Shown: in pieces, positions 39,670 through 52,510 of the stretch
Layout: each line of letters starts with the position of its first letter
How positions within the stretch are numbered: the stretch's first letter is position 1
Source: Rhina ancylostomus
Lineage: Eukaryota
Direction: 5' to 3'
Assembly: GCA_030265395.1 (NCBI GenBank)
Contig: JARFYF010000036.1
Coordinates: 33,422,546-33,486,472, forward strand
DNA length: 63,927 bases
Translations under genes and position numbers: made by a program
The notes under the pieces: model-generated
What the model was told of the DNA's origin: nothing
Database searches by the model: none
Seen by the model: only the letters and a program-made list of their open reading frames with translations

Positions 39670-41817
39670 TTTACTGTAAGATCAATTAAAGGTGATTTGA
39701 GAATAAAATTAGTTTTACCATCATGTTAGGACACACTAAATAACTTGATGCTAAGCAAAAGTGAAGCAAATGGAATAAAATCACAAGATAGCATGAATAC
39801 AAAATTGGCCAAGTAATAGACAGCAGAGCGTTGTGAATGGTTGTTAGTCAGACTGGAGGAAGGTGAATAGTGGCGATTCCCAGGGATCGATGTTAGGCCA
39901 TTACTTTTTTGATCGAAATTAATGACTAGACTTTGGAGTGCAAGCCACAGTTTCTAAATTTGCAGATGACACAAAACTTGGCAGTATTGTGAACTGTGAA
40001 GAAGATGGTGATAAGTTGCAGCAGGATATAAACAGGTGGGAAGAATGGGCAGATGAGTTTAATCCAGATAAATGTGAGGTGAAGCATTTCGGCAGGAAGA
40101 ATGAGGAGAGGCAATGCAGAATAAAGGATATTTCACTGAATGGGGCACAAGAGCAGAAGAACTTCAAGGTATGGGTGCTTTAGTCATTGAAGGTGACAAG
40201 GCTGACTACTGAGAGAGCGGTTCAAAAGACGTATACCAATTCTGGGTTTTTAATCAATGGAAGCATAGACTACAAAAGCAGGAAAGCCAAACTGAACCCT
40301 TATAAAACACTGATCTGACCTCAACTAGAGTTTTGTCTTCAGTTCTGGTCACCTCATTATAGAGGGGTTGTTGGAGGCTTTGAAGAGGGTCCAGAGCAGA
40401 TTCATGAGAATGGATCCTGGAATGAGGGACTACAGTTACAAAGATAGAGTCCAGAGGCTAGGACTTTCTTCTCTGGAGGAGACAAGGCTGAGGAAAGATA
40501 TGATAACAGTACATAAAATGATACCTGATCTAGACAGAATGGATAGAGGGAGGCTGTTGACTCCAGTGGAGGGATCGAGGACCAGAGATCACAGATATTA
40601 AACAAAGAGGAAGTTACTTAATTTTTGCGCGATGTATATTTGGAATCTTTTTTGAATTGGAATTGGTTTATTATTGTCAATTGTACCAAGGTACAGTGAA
40701 AAATTTGTCTTGCATACCATTCATACAGATCAATTCATTACACTGTGCATTGAGGTAGTACAAGGTAAAACAATACAGAATGCAAAGTAAAGTGTCATAT
40801 CTACAGAGAAGGTGCGGAGCAGGTCAACAGTAAGATGCAAGGTCATAACAAGGTAGATTGTGAGGTCGAGTCCATCTTATCGTACTAGGGAACAGTTCAA
40901 TAGTCTTATAACAACAGGATAGAAGCTGCCCTTGAGCCTGGTGGTACGTGCTTTCAGACTTTTGTATCTTCTGCCTGATGAGAGGGGGAAGAGGGAATGA
41001 CTCAGGTGGGTGGGGTCTTTGATTTTGTTGGTTGCTTTACTGAGGCAGCAAGAAGTACAAACAGAGTCCATGGAAGGGAGGCTGGTCTCTGTGATGTGTT
41101 GAGCTGTGTCCACAACTCTCTGCAGTTCCTTGCAGTCCCAGACAGAGCAATTGCCATACCAAGCTATGATGCATCCAGGTAGGATGCTTTCTATGGTGCA
41201 TTAATAAGGGCTGGTGAGTGTCAAGGGGGACGTGCCAAACTTCTTTAGCTCCTAAGGAAGTAGAGGTGCTGCTGAGCTTTCTTGGTCACGGCATCTACAT
41301 GGTTGAACCAGGACAGGCTGTTGGTGATATTCACTCCTAGGAACTTGAAGCTCTCAACCCTCTCGACCTCAGCACTGTTGATGTAGACAGGTGAATGTGC
41401 ACAACCCTCCTTTCCTGAAGTCAATGACCAGCTCTTCTGTTTTGCTGACATTGAGGGAAAGATTGGTGTCATGACACCATGTCACAAAGCTCTCTATCTC
41501 CTTTCTGTACTCTGACTCATTGTTATTTGAGATATGGCCCACTACAGTGGTATCATCTGCAAACTTGTAGATGACGTTAGAGCAGAATCTGGCCATGCAG
41601 TTATGAGTGTATAGGGAGTAGAGTAGGGGAACACATTGCCTTAAAATGTGGTGGAGGTTGGTTCCACTGTGGCCTTTAGCAGGTAATTGTATTGATATCT
41701 GGTGATGAAGAAGTGCAGGGCTGCAGAGAGGGCTTGGGATGGAACTAATCATTTGCTCTAGTAAAGAGCTGGTGCAGACACAATGGGCCAAATGTACTGT
41801 AACCATTCTGTGATTCT
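39670..41817 (+). mobile_element. CR1 RT + 3' end, interrupted by a Rex element
   Basis: VSKFADDTKLG..FNPDKCEVKHFGR; ALKRVQSRFMRM; tail resumes at 41635. Confidence 0.9.
40654..41634 (-). mobile_element. Rex1/Babar LINE (RT to 3' end)
   Basis: LYSLYTHNC..YKFADDTTVVG..LNVSKTEELVIDFRK; VESFKFLGVNI; KDPTH..SGRRYKSLK. Confidence 0.95.
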
Positions 41818-42444
41818 ATTATAATTAGTTTGCCCTTACTGAAGTTCATTTGCTTTTCTATATTGAGGTAAATTGTGAAAACCAACAACAGAAAAAAGAA
41901 AATGAGGGTCTGCAGGGACTGGAGAACAAAGTCAATGGCATGGAATGTCCGTGAGTTCATGGAGCAAAGCTTCAATGAGTATTGCATTTTTCAGGGAGCT
42001 GCTGTCCATTCCTGCAAACCTACAGCCATCATCACTGGCTAAGAACAGTTGTCAGCCCTAGAATGTCATAAATGCTTATTTACATTGATGGCAACTAATG
42101 TTGAATGCAAGTGTAGTATCTACCACACATCCCAGTGTGTTCTGGCTGTAATAAACATTCTCCAAGTTTGTGTAACATTTTCCACATATTGAGATTTTCC
42201 AAGCTTCCCAAGGGACTATGGTATCTCCTGTTTTGCACTTCTATTGCCCGTAAGGACCTGCACTCATTGCTCACTGACAGTTACACATCCTTATGTATTT
42301 CCATCAACCAAAAGAACAGGACAGAAAGAATGCATCTTACTCTGGGCAGAAAAGGCAGTCACATACACTTAGGGTCCCATTGTTTCCAAAGCAGGGAAAG
42401 TACTGATGCTGCAGATTAATGACCCAACAAATTAATGAGTTTAC

Positions 42445-43075
42445 AGACTAAAAATAAATAAAACTTCATCACACATTCTCCAGGAAAAACGTACTTTCAG
42501 TATATTAAAATATCACTGACCCTAATGTTAGATGAATTACAAAACCTCCCTCTCCATTCAGCTTTGAGTGCACAATCTGCCCTAGGTCCCATCGTGATAC
42601 CAAAGTTATTAATCTTCTATTACAGTTTGCAAAGAATGAAATTGTGAATCGGCACAAACTAAAGAAATGCAAATTCAGCATTTTAATTTTTTTTAAAAGT
42701 TCAAATAACCTTGTAGTGAATAATACTTTCTACATTTGGAAGGGTGGGAATTAGGATATATTGTTGTTATTGATTGTCAAGTCAATGGAATGAATTTCAT
42801 TGTACAATGCGCTGACACCACGATATACTGCAATTAACACTACCCAAAGTTGAATGAATTTCTAGGCAGATATAATATTAAGGTGTAGCAGACAAAATGT
42901 TATTGAATAAATAATTACATTTAATGTTACTCAAAATAAAGCATTGCAACCTTTGCAGAGTGAAAAAACGTACTAAAACTTCACTGACTGTGGTTAAAAC
43001 CACAGATGAATTACATGACCTCCCCCTCCATTCAATTGTCAATGAACAGTCTGCCCTAGGTCCCATACCAATGAT
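42445..43075. repeat. Degenerate direct duplication, period 474 bp
   Basis: gatgaattac at 42531/43005; tctgccctaggtcccat at 42576/43050; aaaaacgtact and tcactgac shared. Confidence 0.8.
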
Positions 43076-43959
43076 GTTGAGGGGAATTATCAGATTTCTG
43101 GGTCTACATCCATTAGACTTTGCAGATTTACCTTCTGCAATTTACTAACTTGTCTTTTCATTTTGCTGATTCATCTCATTTTAAGGCATGTACATAATTC
43201 TGTTAAGACATTTCAGTGGGGTTAAAATCTTAGCTTATAACTGGCCCCTTGGCTGAAGCTAAACTTGCATTTATGTTTTCCAAATCTGAAGTCTATCCAT
43301 ATGTATATATTTATTTCCAAAATTGTTTTCCATGTTTTTTAACTGATGTCGCTGATTCTGCAAAGAAGTGGGGCTGGGATAAACTATTGAAGTGAACAGA
43401 AGAGTCAATTTGGCAATTAAGTTGTAGGTAGGTTCAGGATTTTAAACATTTAAATATATGTCATTCAAAAATAAGGCGTTAGTTGCTTGTCAGAATTTTA
43501 AAAAAAGTTTACTATTAGTAATGCAGGATGGGGATTTACTTCAAAGTACTGAGTAAATACCTCTGGGTATTCAGTATTTGACCTTAGTCAAGCATAGATC
43601 AATATTCTGTGTCAGGGTGAGTACATCATATTCGCATTTTGGAAGAGACTATTAATCATGTTCAAATCAGACTAGAATTATGGCCTGAAGGCTTAGATTT
43701 CAGGGCACCCTCATCATACTTCTGTAGCTGAATGTTCAAACTACGGCACAAATTAACTTTCCAACCTAAATTTCATATGCATGCTGACTTTATCGCTTCT
43801 TCAGTCAGTAGTTTCAACGGTATCCCAAGGGAACTTCCAGTGTTTCTCAAGGCCTATTAAATGCAACCATTGGAAGGGGGATGGGAATGGCTGTATAACG
43901 TGTGAGGCACAACCTCGCTGGAGAATCTGTCTTCTGAAGAGGGCAGGTAGATCCAAGAA

Positions 43960-45345
43960 AAAACAGGCTGTTGACTGGAACTCCTTCCACTGCCCCAGAC
44001 ATTCATTCCCTCCTCTTATGGATGCAGAGTGGCTGCAGTGCACACCATCCATAAAATGCACTACACTACTTGCTCAGGCTGCTCTGACAGTTCCTCCCGA
44101 GCCTGCGACCTCTACCACCAAGAAAAATGAGGGTAGCAAGCACATGGGAACACTTGCAAGTTCCTCTCCAAGTTGCACATCACCCTGACTTGGAATATAT
44201 CGCTGGCCGTTAATAGTTGCTGGAACTAAATCCTTGAACTCCTTACCTAGCAGTACTGAGGAATATGTTTACCAGGACTCTAGCAGTTCAAGAAGGCGGA
44301 TCATCACCACCTTCTCAAGGGCAATTAGGGATGGGTTATGAGTTATAAAGAGAGGCTGGTTATGCTGTGATGTTTTACCCTGGAGTGTAGGAAGCTGAGG
44401 GGTGATCTAACAGAGGTATATAAAAATCATGAGGGGTGTAGATAAGGTGGCTGGTTATAGTCTGGGGAGTCTAAAACTAGAGTACATAGATTTAAGGTGA
44501 GAAGGGAAAGATATAAAAGGGGAAACCTTTTCACACACAGGGTAGTGGGTATATGGAATGAGCTGCCAGAGGAAGCTGTAGAGGTGGGTACAATTACAAT
44601 GTTTAAAAGACATTTAGACAAGTACATGGAGGGAAAAGGTTTAGAAGCATATAGGCCAAATGCAGGCAAATAGGACTAGCTTGGACAGACATCTTGGTTG
44701 GCATGGACTAGTTGAGCTGAAGGGCCAGTTTCCATGCTGTATAACTCTGTGACTCTGAATGTTGGTGATGCTCAGGTCCTGAGAATGAATATGAGAAAAG
44801 ATAGCTGTGTGCAGTAGACCAGCCACATAAATACTGTGGCCACATGATCGGGTCGCAGGTTGGCTATTCTGTGGTGAGTGACTTACCGCTTGATCCCAAA
44901 ACCTTTCCAGCATCTACAAGGTTAAAATCAGGCAAGATAACATGGAATATTTTTCACTTGCCTGGATGAATTCAACACTCAAGAAGCTCAAAATCATTAG
45001 GTGCAAAGCAATTAATTGGCTGGTGACCCATCCAACACCTTAAATATTTACTCCTTTCACCGTGGCTGCAATGTGTACCATCAAAGGTTGCTCCACAGAT
45101 ACTACTTGGACAGGATTTTCTAAACTTGCAACTTCAGCCATCTAGGAAGATAAGGTGAGCAGGCACATGAGGAGACCATCACACCCCACCCTGACTTGGA
45201 GATGTATCATTGATCCTTTACTGGTGATGGACCAAGATCCTGGAACTAGTCACAAAATTGGAGTATTTTCACCATGGTTCAAAAGGGAAGATTGCCATCA
45301 CCTTCTCAAAGCAGGACCCATGTCCATGAATGAATAAAAAAAGAG
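43960..45345 (+). mobile_element. Two LINE family X 3' fragments; first split by CR1 (44336-44757)
   Basis: SHINTVAT..IYKVKIR..MEYFSLAWMN..LKKL; tail caccttctcaagggcaattagggatggg. Confidence 0.8.
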
Positions 45346-46019
45346 TTTGACTTCCTATGTACCTTTCTCTGTTTGGACTGTAAACGATTGCAGGCTGGTT
45401 GTCCTTAGTGAGTGCCTGTACTTGAACAATTCCCTCCTGATAAATCTGTTGCTAACAAAAAAGGATCAACTCCTCTTTCTTTTCTATTTGGATACAATAT
45501 TAGCTTGAGTTGTCCTCCCAAATACTTTGTCAAATAGAATAGAAGAAAAAAAATCCAGCATATGGATAGTTAGTACCACAGTAATAGACAATTGTTCAAT
45601 TTTGAAACTGTGCCACTGTTTTTTTTCAGACACCTTGAATCCCACTTTAATTACAGAACAAAATGAGTTACGGACTGCTTTGTGAATGTGATAAACATCT
45701 TTATTCAGTAATGCCCAAGTATCCTGAAGACACTATAAGAGCTATGATTGTGCCTCAAGCTGAAATTCCTATCCAATGTTCTTTGAAGGAGTTGCTAATC
45801 TGTGTAAATTAAACACAATAACCTGTGTGCAAAAATAATGGGGTGAGATACTTGATCTTTGATAAGGCAAGGTGTGATATCAAGGCTAATCGTCCTTAGT
45901 TAAAAGTGCACTGAATTCATTAACACACTTCTTACAAAAAAAGTCTTTGCTCTCATCTCCCAAAAAATTCAGATTAAAGCCATTGAAGGTTCAGCTCTAG
46001 CTGTTACTTTTCTAGTCTC

Positions 46020-46945
46020 AAAGTTAAAGTGGAGTTTATTTTCAAATGCACAAGTGAATCGGAAACAGGTTTATTATCACTGATATATATGTCGTGAAAT
46101 TTGTTGTTTTGCAGCGGCAGTACAGTGCAAGATATAAAAATTACAGAAAATGACAAAAAGTGCAAAAGAGGAATAATGCGGTAGTGTTCATGGACCTTTC
46201 AGAAGGTTGATGGCGGAGGGGAAGAAGCTGTTCCAAAAACGTTGAGTGTGGGTCTTCAGGCTCCTGTACCACCTCCTCGATGGTAGCAACGCNNNNNNNN
46301 NNNNNNNNNNNNNNNNNNNNNNNNNNNNNNNNNNNNNNNNNNNNNNNNNNNNNNNNNNNNNNNNNNNNNNNNNNNNNNNNNNNNNNNNNNNNNNNNNNNN
46401 NNNNNNNNNNNNNNNNNNNNNNNNNNNNNNNNNNNNNNNNNNNNNNNNNNNNNNNNNNNNNNNNNNNNNNNNNNNNNNNNNNNNNNNNNNNNNNNNNNNN
46501 NNNNNNNNNNNNNNNNNNNNNNNNNNNNNNNNNNNNNNNNNNNNNNNNNNNNNNNNNNNNNNNNNNNNNNNNNNNNNNNNNNNNNNNNNNNNNNNNNNNN
46601 NNNAAAAACTTACTTGCAGCAGCATCACAGGCACATAGCATCATATATGCAGCATTCACGGGAAAAATATAAATTAAACATTATATAACATTTTTACAAG
46701 AAAGAACACAATTAGAACAAAAAAAAACAAAGTCCATTTTATTGCAAAGTGATCAAAGTGGTCATAGTCCTACTAAATTGTAGTGATTAGGGTTTTGCTG
46801 GTTGGTTGAAGAACTGAATGGTTGGAGGGAAGTGGCTGTTCTTGAACCTGGTAGTGTGGGACTTCAGGCTTCTGTACCTCCTGCCCGATGGTAGCTGCAA
46901 AAAGATGACATGGCCTGGATGGTGGGGATCTTTGATTATTGTTGA
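46020..46945 (-). mobile_element. Rex1/Babar 3' ends around a gap
   Basis: LLPSRRWYRSLKTHTQRFWNSFFPSAI; second copy matches 8745-9180. Confidence 0.85.
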
Positions 46946-47929
46946 TAGATTGACAAGTCAGATTGGTGTTATAGATAGCACTCTCCAAAACAGCTCTTGC
47001 TATTTATAAGTTTGCTTAACAGTGGCAGAAATGAAGGCATTAGATTCTATCAAATATAACCTCTGTGTTGTGATACCCAAACCATTGATAACCAGAGTGA
47101 AGCTGATGTTTTATCTTCAATAGCATTTCAAAGCATTGAACTAAAGCAAAACTCTCACACAATTTGAGGATCAATTTATTTTTCAGATCTTACCTGCAAT
47201 GCACGAAGAAGGATTCATCATAAAATACTAGTCTGCCTGATTTTTGAAATAACAATGTGGACAGTTCTGCTAATACTGTATTAACCTATGTAAAATATTC
47301 CTGGAAATGCCCCTGCTTTGTACTGAATTTGCTGCCTAAATCCAGGGTCTTAGGTTAACTAACATTAGGTTAACTAACTGACTAATCTCAATGGTATCAT
47401 AACCTCAGTCAGCTTGTTTCAAAGAGGAACACTTTGCCCTTGAAGCATTTGTTGAAAGGAAAGGGAAAGACACCTCAGCCTGCAGGCAGTTTTCCCACAT
47501 GAAAATGTCTGTGGTTTCTACAAGCGGATCTGTGGGTCTCGGATCAGATTACTAAGTCACCCAAGGATCCATCAGTGAATAGCGGCAGATCATTTTTGTA
47601 CTGAGGGATCACAGTTAATACATTTAAACATATTGTACAGGTAATAAAATAAAATGACTCCTGCATTACCATCTGATAGTTTAGACTCACCACATAATTA
47701 CATATTGATCTGTCTGTAAAAGTTTGTTTTCTTTGCTTCGTTCTCAGTCTTTTAATTCCTGAGCTCATAGGGAGCCAGAAGGGAAAAAGATGATGATGGG
47801 AGTTTGTGTCTCTCCCCCAGCATTGGAGAGAAATAAAACACAAAGGGTGTTTTTCTTCTAGAAGCAGAGCAGGTTTACAAGGGTCAGTAGCCAGAAGGTA
47901 GGGATCAAGGTGATTGGCATAAGTTGACA

Positions 47930-48140
47930 CAAGGAAAAATTCATTTTATATAATGTAGAGTTTGCTTCCTGATATACAGCTGGAAACAAATTCATTCAGA
48001 GCCTTCAAAAGCAAGTGGAACACTCGAGAAATGCGGGGATTTGGGGGAAGAACGAGGGTGAAGGACAGGTTGGACTTCTCTTTGAAAGAACCAGTGTGGA
48101 CTGGTTAGGCCACTCGGCCACTTTCTGTACCATATGGTTT
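47930..48140 (+). mobile_element. CR1 3' end
   Basis: Degenerate tail similar to 41635-41817. Confidence 0.55.
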
Positions 48141-49829
48141 GTGCACATGGTGTGAGTATAGGACATAATTAAATCATTAATGCCCCACTGAAGATTCTCA
48201 CACCTGACGTTGGAATGACTTGTAGTATCGTTCTTGGACATTGGAGAGTGAACAAATTTTGTTTGAGTACAACTTTATTCACATCATCTTAATGCTCGTG
48301 TTATAATTCTCTCCTTTGACCTTTTGAGTTTTATCTATTCCTGCAACAGACATCATCCAAAGTGTTCATCCGTTCATCCTTTCATCTGGTAGCAAAGCAA
48401 AACTGGGACCTACAAGATCAAATACTCGGCTCTGACCCACTGGGCTAGAATTACAGCATAGGTATTAGGTATTAAATATTCCAAATATTCTTCAGAGCAG
48501 ATCTAAATGTCTTTAGAATGGGTGCATTTTGTTTTATTTGTATCATAGAGTCTTTGGCTATTCTGTGTAATTATTTCAGGTAGCCTATGACAATGAATGT
48601 TGAGGGTTTTGAGGAAATGTTACAACTTGCTTCAGATTGTCTGTGGGCTCCTTGTGCATGGAAGGTTCTTCACTACACAGAATCCTCACTTTTGAAGCCA
48701 GGATTGCAAAATTGTACTATTCCGTGACCTGTTTTTCATCGAAAGAATTATTCCAATAAATTTGTGTGGTGTGTAGTTTTAGATTCTAAGTGCTCAGTAC
48801 CACCACAAGTTGTTGTTCTTCTCCTTCATCCATATTAAGGGCTGAATAAATACAAAATGAACCTAATTAACTATCTATGAATCTGAATTCATGGTTGGAG
48901 CTCCAATTCTGATTCAATTACCAACAATATAGTTTGATATTAATATTGGCTCTAATGAAATTGGAACACCCATCAATTTCCAACTCAACCTGAAATTAAC
49001 TCATTCAAAGCAACCTGTGATAAATGTTAGCTGTTGCACTGGGTCAACTGAGCAAGCACTCAGCTTTTCGTGCTGTTCCCTGCAACACTGGATCCTGTTA
49101 GTCCAGCCAGTATTTTTGGGCAATGCCACTGTCCTGCACTATTGTCATGGAAACAGCCTGGCCTGTTCCAGCACTTGAACACACAGATGGCAGCAGGATA
49201 ACAGTAGGGGCTTACTGTTTTGAAAGAAGATGTATGGCTTTGCTCACATGGCTGCTTAATGAGCTGATCATTGGTGAGCACACACTATGCAAATTGATAG
49301 TGTGGCAATTTGCAGCTATGGTATGTTTTGCACAGTCAGCTTGACAACAAACACCTAATTTCATCTCTTTCAAACTTCCATTGTTAAATTAAGAGGTTCT
49401 TTACTCATATGCAAATAAGTTCTTTATAAATTCATCAGCCTGCTCAATATTTGTGTTGCTGGGTGAGATTTGAAAAGTTTCCACAGGTGGCTGGAGTGAT
49501 TGAAGAAGCTTTGCTCTTTAGACTTCTTTGATCAAACAGTATCTCCTGATGTAACACATGAAGCTCCACGGGGCAAGACAGTTACACAGTTGTCGTTATA
49601 GGACAACTTTGTGTAGCTTAATAAGGACCAAGTGGAGCTAAATTCACACCTCCAACTACAGAGGGCTTTAATTATACAGGTCCAACCATTGGCCTGACTG
49701 AATATTGGAGTGCATTGCCAGGTGAAATTAACCATACAACTGATACTTTTAAGGCAAAGTTGTCAGCCTAATGGTGGTATCAGATGTGCTTCATGCAGAA
49801 GATTCAATGAAAACCTTTGTGATGCATTG

Positions 49830-50100
49830 AGCATAGAACAAAGAACATGGAACAGTATAGCACAGGAACAGGTCATTTGGCCGACCATGTCTGCGCCAAT
49901 CATGATGTCAAATGAATCGATTCCCACCTGCCTGCACCTGGTCTGTACCCCTCTATTCTCTGCCTGTTCATGTGTCTATCTAAATGGGTCTTAAAAGTTG
50001 CTCTTACAGTATATCTGCTTCCACCATCTCCCCTGCCAGCACATTCCAGACACCTACCACTCTCTGTGTAAAAAAAAACTTGCCTTGCACATCTCCTTTA
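49830..50100 (-). mobile_element. CR1 3' end
   Basis: aacagtatagcacaggaacagg..cagcacattccag..accactctctgtgtaaaaa. Confidence 0.8.
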
Positions 50101-50270
50101 TAGAGGGTGAGGGACCAAATTTCAGACATGTTCATCAGAGCAAAAAATAATAATAGGCTTTGCTTGGAAATTCATTCTCAGTCTGTGATGGTAGGTATGA
50201 TTTGCAGTAGCATCATTGAGTTATACTCCACCTCAAATTCATTCAGACTAAAATATGCTGATGCTACTAT

Positions 50271-50573
50271 GGTGGCACGGTAGTGTGGCAGTTAGCGTAA
50301 TGCTATTACAGTGCCAGAGACTTGGGTTCAATTCCCACCACTGCCTGTGAGGAATTTGTATGTTCTCCCTGTGTCTGTGTGGGTTTCCTTCAGATGCTCT
50401 GGTTTCCTCCCACATTCCAAAGATGCACGTTTTAGGAATTGTGGGCATGATATGTTGGCACTGGAAGCATGGTGACACTTGCAGGCTACCCCCAGAACAT
50501 TATATGCAAAAGATGCATTTCACTGTGAGTTTCGATGTACATGTGACTAATAAAGATAGCTTATCTTATCTTA
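50271..50573 (+). mobile_element. Full V-domain tRNA SINE with Rex1/Babar-type tail
   Basis: Head ggcacggtagtgtggcagttag..gggttcaattccc, V core, tail tttcactgtg..gtacatgtgactaataaa, (cttat)n. Confidence 0.9.
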
Positions 50574-50594
50574 CTACGTAGTTCACTTAGTGCA

Positions 50595-50705
50595 AAGTGA
50601 AAACAGAAAATGCTGGAAATACTCAGCAAGTTAGACTGCATCTGTGGGAAGAGTAACAGAGTTAACATTTCAGGCCAACGACCCTTCATCAGAATTAGGC
50701 ATTTA
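50595..50705 (-). mobile_element. Penelope-type terminal unit
   Basis: aaacagaaaatgctggaaatactcagca..gcatctgtgg. Confidence 0.75.
50660..50696 (-). ncRNA. Minimal hammerhead ribozyme motif (canonical CUGAUGA core)
   Basis: AATT-CTGATGA-A-GGGTC-GTT-GGCCT-GAAATGTT-AACT. Confidence 0.65.
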
Positions 50706-51181
50706 NNNNNNNNNNNNNNNNNNNNNNNNNNNNNNNNNNNNNNNNNNNNNNNNNNNNNNNNNNNNNNNNNNNNNNNNNNNNNNNNNNNNNNNNNNNNNNN
50801 NNNNNNNNNNNNNNNNNNNNNNNNNNNNNNNNNNNNNNNNNNNNNNNNNNNNNNNNNNNNNNNNNNNNNNNNNNNNNNNNNNNNNNNNNNNNNNNNNNNN
50901 NNNNNNNNNNNNNNNNNNNNNNNNNNNNNNNNNNNNNNNNNNNNNNNNNNNNNNNNNNNNNNNNNNNNNNNNNNNNNNNNNNNNNNNNNNNNNNNNNNNN
51001 NNNNNNNNNNNNNNNNNNNNNNNNNNNNNNNNNNNNNNNNNNNNNNNNNNNNNNNNNNNNNNNNNNNNNNNNNNNNNNNNNNNNNNNNNNNNNNNNNNNN
51101 NNNNNNNNNNNNNNNNNNNNNNNNNNNNNNNNNNNNNNNNNNNNNNNNNNNNNNNNNNNNNNNNNNNNNNNNNNNNNNNNN

Positions 51182-51357
51182 TTTTTTCCTTTCTCTCCTA
51201 ACCTTTGACCCATCCCCCGATGGATCTGCTCTCCCCTCCTCCCCCACACCTGCCCATCGCTATCTCTTACCTGTATCTACCTATCACCACCTTGTGCCCA
51301 CCCTGCCTCTCCTCTTTTCTCCACCTATCATTGCTCTGCTTTTCCCTCCTATATATT
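51182..51357 (+). mobile_element. Penelope-type pyrimidine-rich 3' region
   Basis: C/T-rich tract atctacctatcacc.. across the gap from the terminal unit. Confidence 0.5.
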
Positions 51358-51524
51358 AAGGTACCCAGCAAGTGAAGTTTATAAGAAAATAACTCAAATA
51401 AACTTTGAACCAATCATGAACCATGCATCTGACCACTATGTCTTGCCTTGTGAATTTTTGTGAGTTAAATAAGGAGATTCTGTTTGATCACTTCTGAAAG
51501 AGCAGAATGTTTTAAAGGCCAACT

Positions 51525-51792
51525 ATAGGTGAAGTTTAAAGGAGATGTGTGGGGCAAGTTTTTTACACAAAGTGGTGGGTGCCTGGAACGTATTGCCGGA
51601 GGAATTGTGGAAGCAGATATGAAAGTGATGTTTAACAGGCTTTTAGATGGACATGTGAATATACAGGGAATGGAGGGATATGGATCATGTGCAGGCAGAA
51701 GAGATTTATTTCAATTTGATACTGTGTTCAGCACAGACATCATGGGCCAAAGGGCCTGCTCCTGTGCTGTATTGTGCTATGTTTTATGTTCC
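51525..51792 (+). mobile_element. CR1 3' end
   Basis: KFKGDVWGKFFTQ..FNRLLDGHVNIQGMEGYG. Confidence 0.85.
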
Positions 51793-52184
51793 ATATTAAT
51801 TGGGATGTGCTTGTGATAAACATAATACAAAGAACATAAAGAATATTAATGCATGGATAAGCATGTCTAACAAGATGTCCAGAGAGACAGAAACTTGAGT
51901 GAGCATTGGTTTGGCTAACTGGCCTGTTCAAGATTCCATGACAGGTCTGGTTGGACTCATCTGTATGTTCATGGTTACATAAAGATAATCTCTGTAAGAG
52001 ATTACTGGGTGGAACGTTAGCCTTGTTGTACTGTGCTGAGTGCACAACAATGTAACATATATAGGTAGAATCCTGCATCTGAAATTTTCGCCTATGTTCT
52101 TAAGAGTGCAACATGAATACTTTGCTGTGTCACATCTTGACCTGATGCAATGGAGGGTAAGTTTGTACTCCAGTATTTCTTTTA

Positions 52185-52510
52185 ATGCATTCCCAGGATT
52201 TGTGGATTGCTGGAAAGATTGGCATTAATTGCCAATCCTTTTGAAATGAATAGCTTGCTTAGCCATTTCAAGGGTTAGTTCAGAGTCAACAACATTATTT
52301 GGGGTCTGGACTCATATATACACCAAAGGTAAGGACCGCAGGTTTCCCTCTCCCAGGGAGTGAAGCAGATAATTATTTATTTGTCTTTACTTCCATGACC
52401 TTATGATCTAATTGAACTTAAGTTCATAAGTGTTGTGTGTCAAGATCCTATGTCAAGATTATTTGGCCATATCTATAAATTGCTAATCCAGTAATATCAC
52501 CATACACTGT
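52185..52510 (-). mobile_element. Meta-domain-type SINE
   Basis: gcttgcttagccatttcaaggg..agagtcaac..gggtctgga..ggtaaggaccgcaggtttcc. Confidence 0.7.

Noticed and set aside
47350-47378. Short tandem duplications (also ~946-981 and 20798-20837)
   Set aside because: Ordinary slippage duplications with no further structure.
50271-50345. tRNA-like A/B boxes here and at 8036, 12620 and 20403
   Set aside because: They continue into SINE cores with no full cloverleaf, so they are SINE heads and not tRNA genes.
50561-51359. Longest ORFs in the track (185-249 aa) and similar ones at 16.7, 46.2 and 57.6 kb
   Set aside because: They are open only because they run through N gaps.
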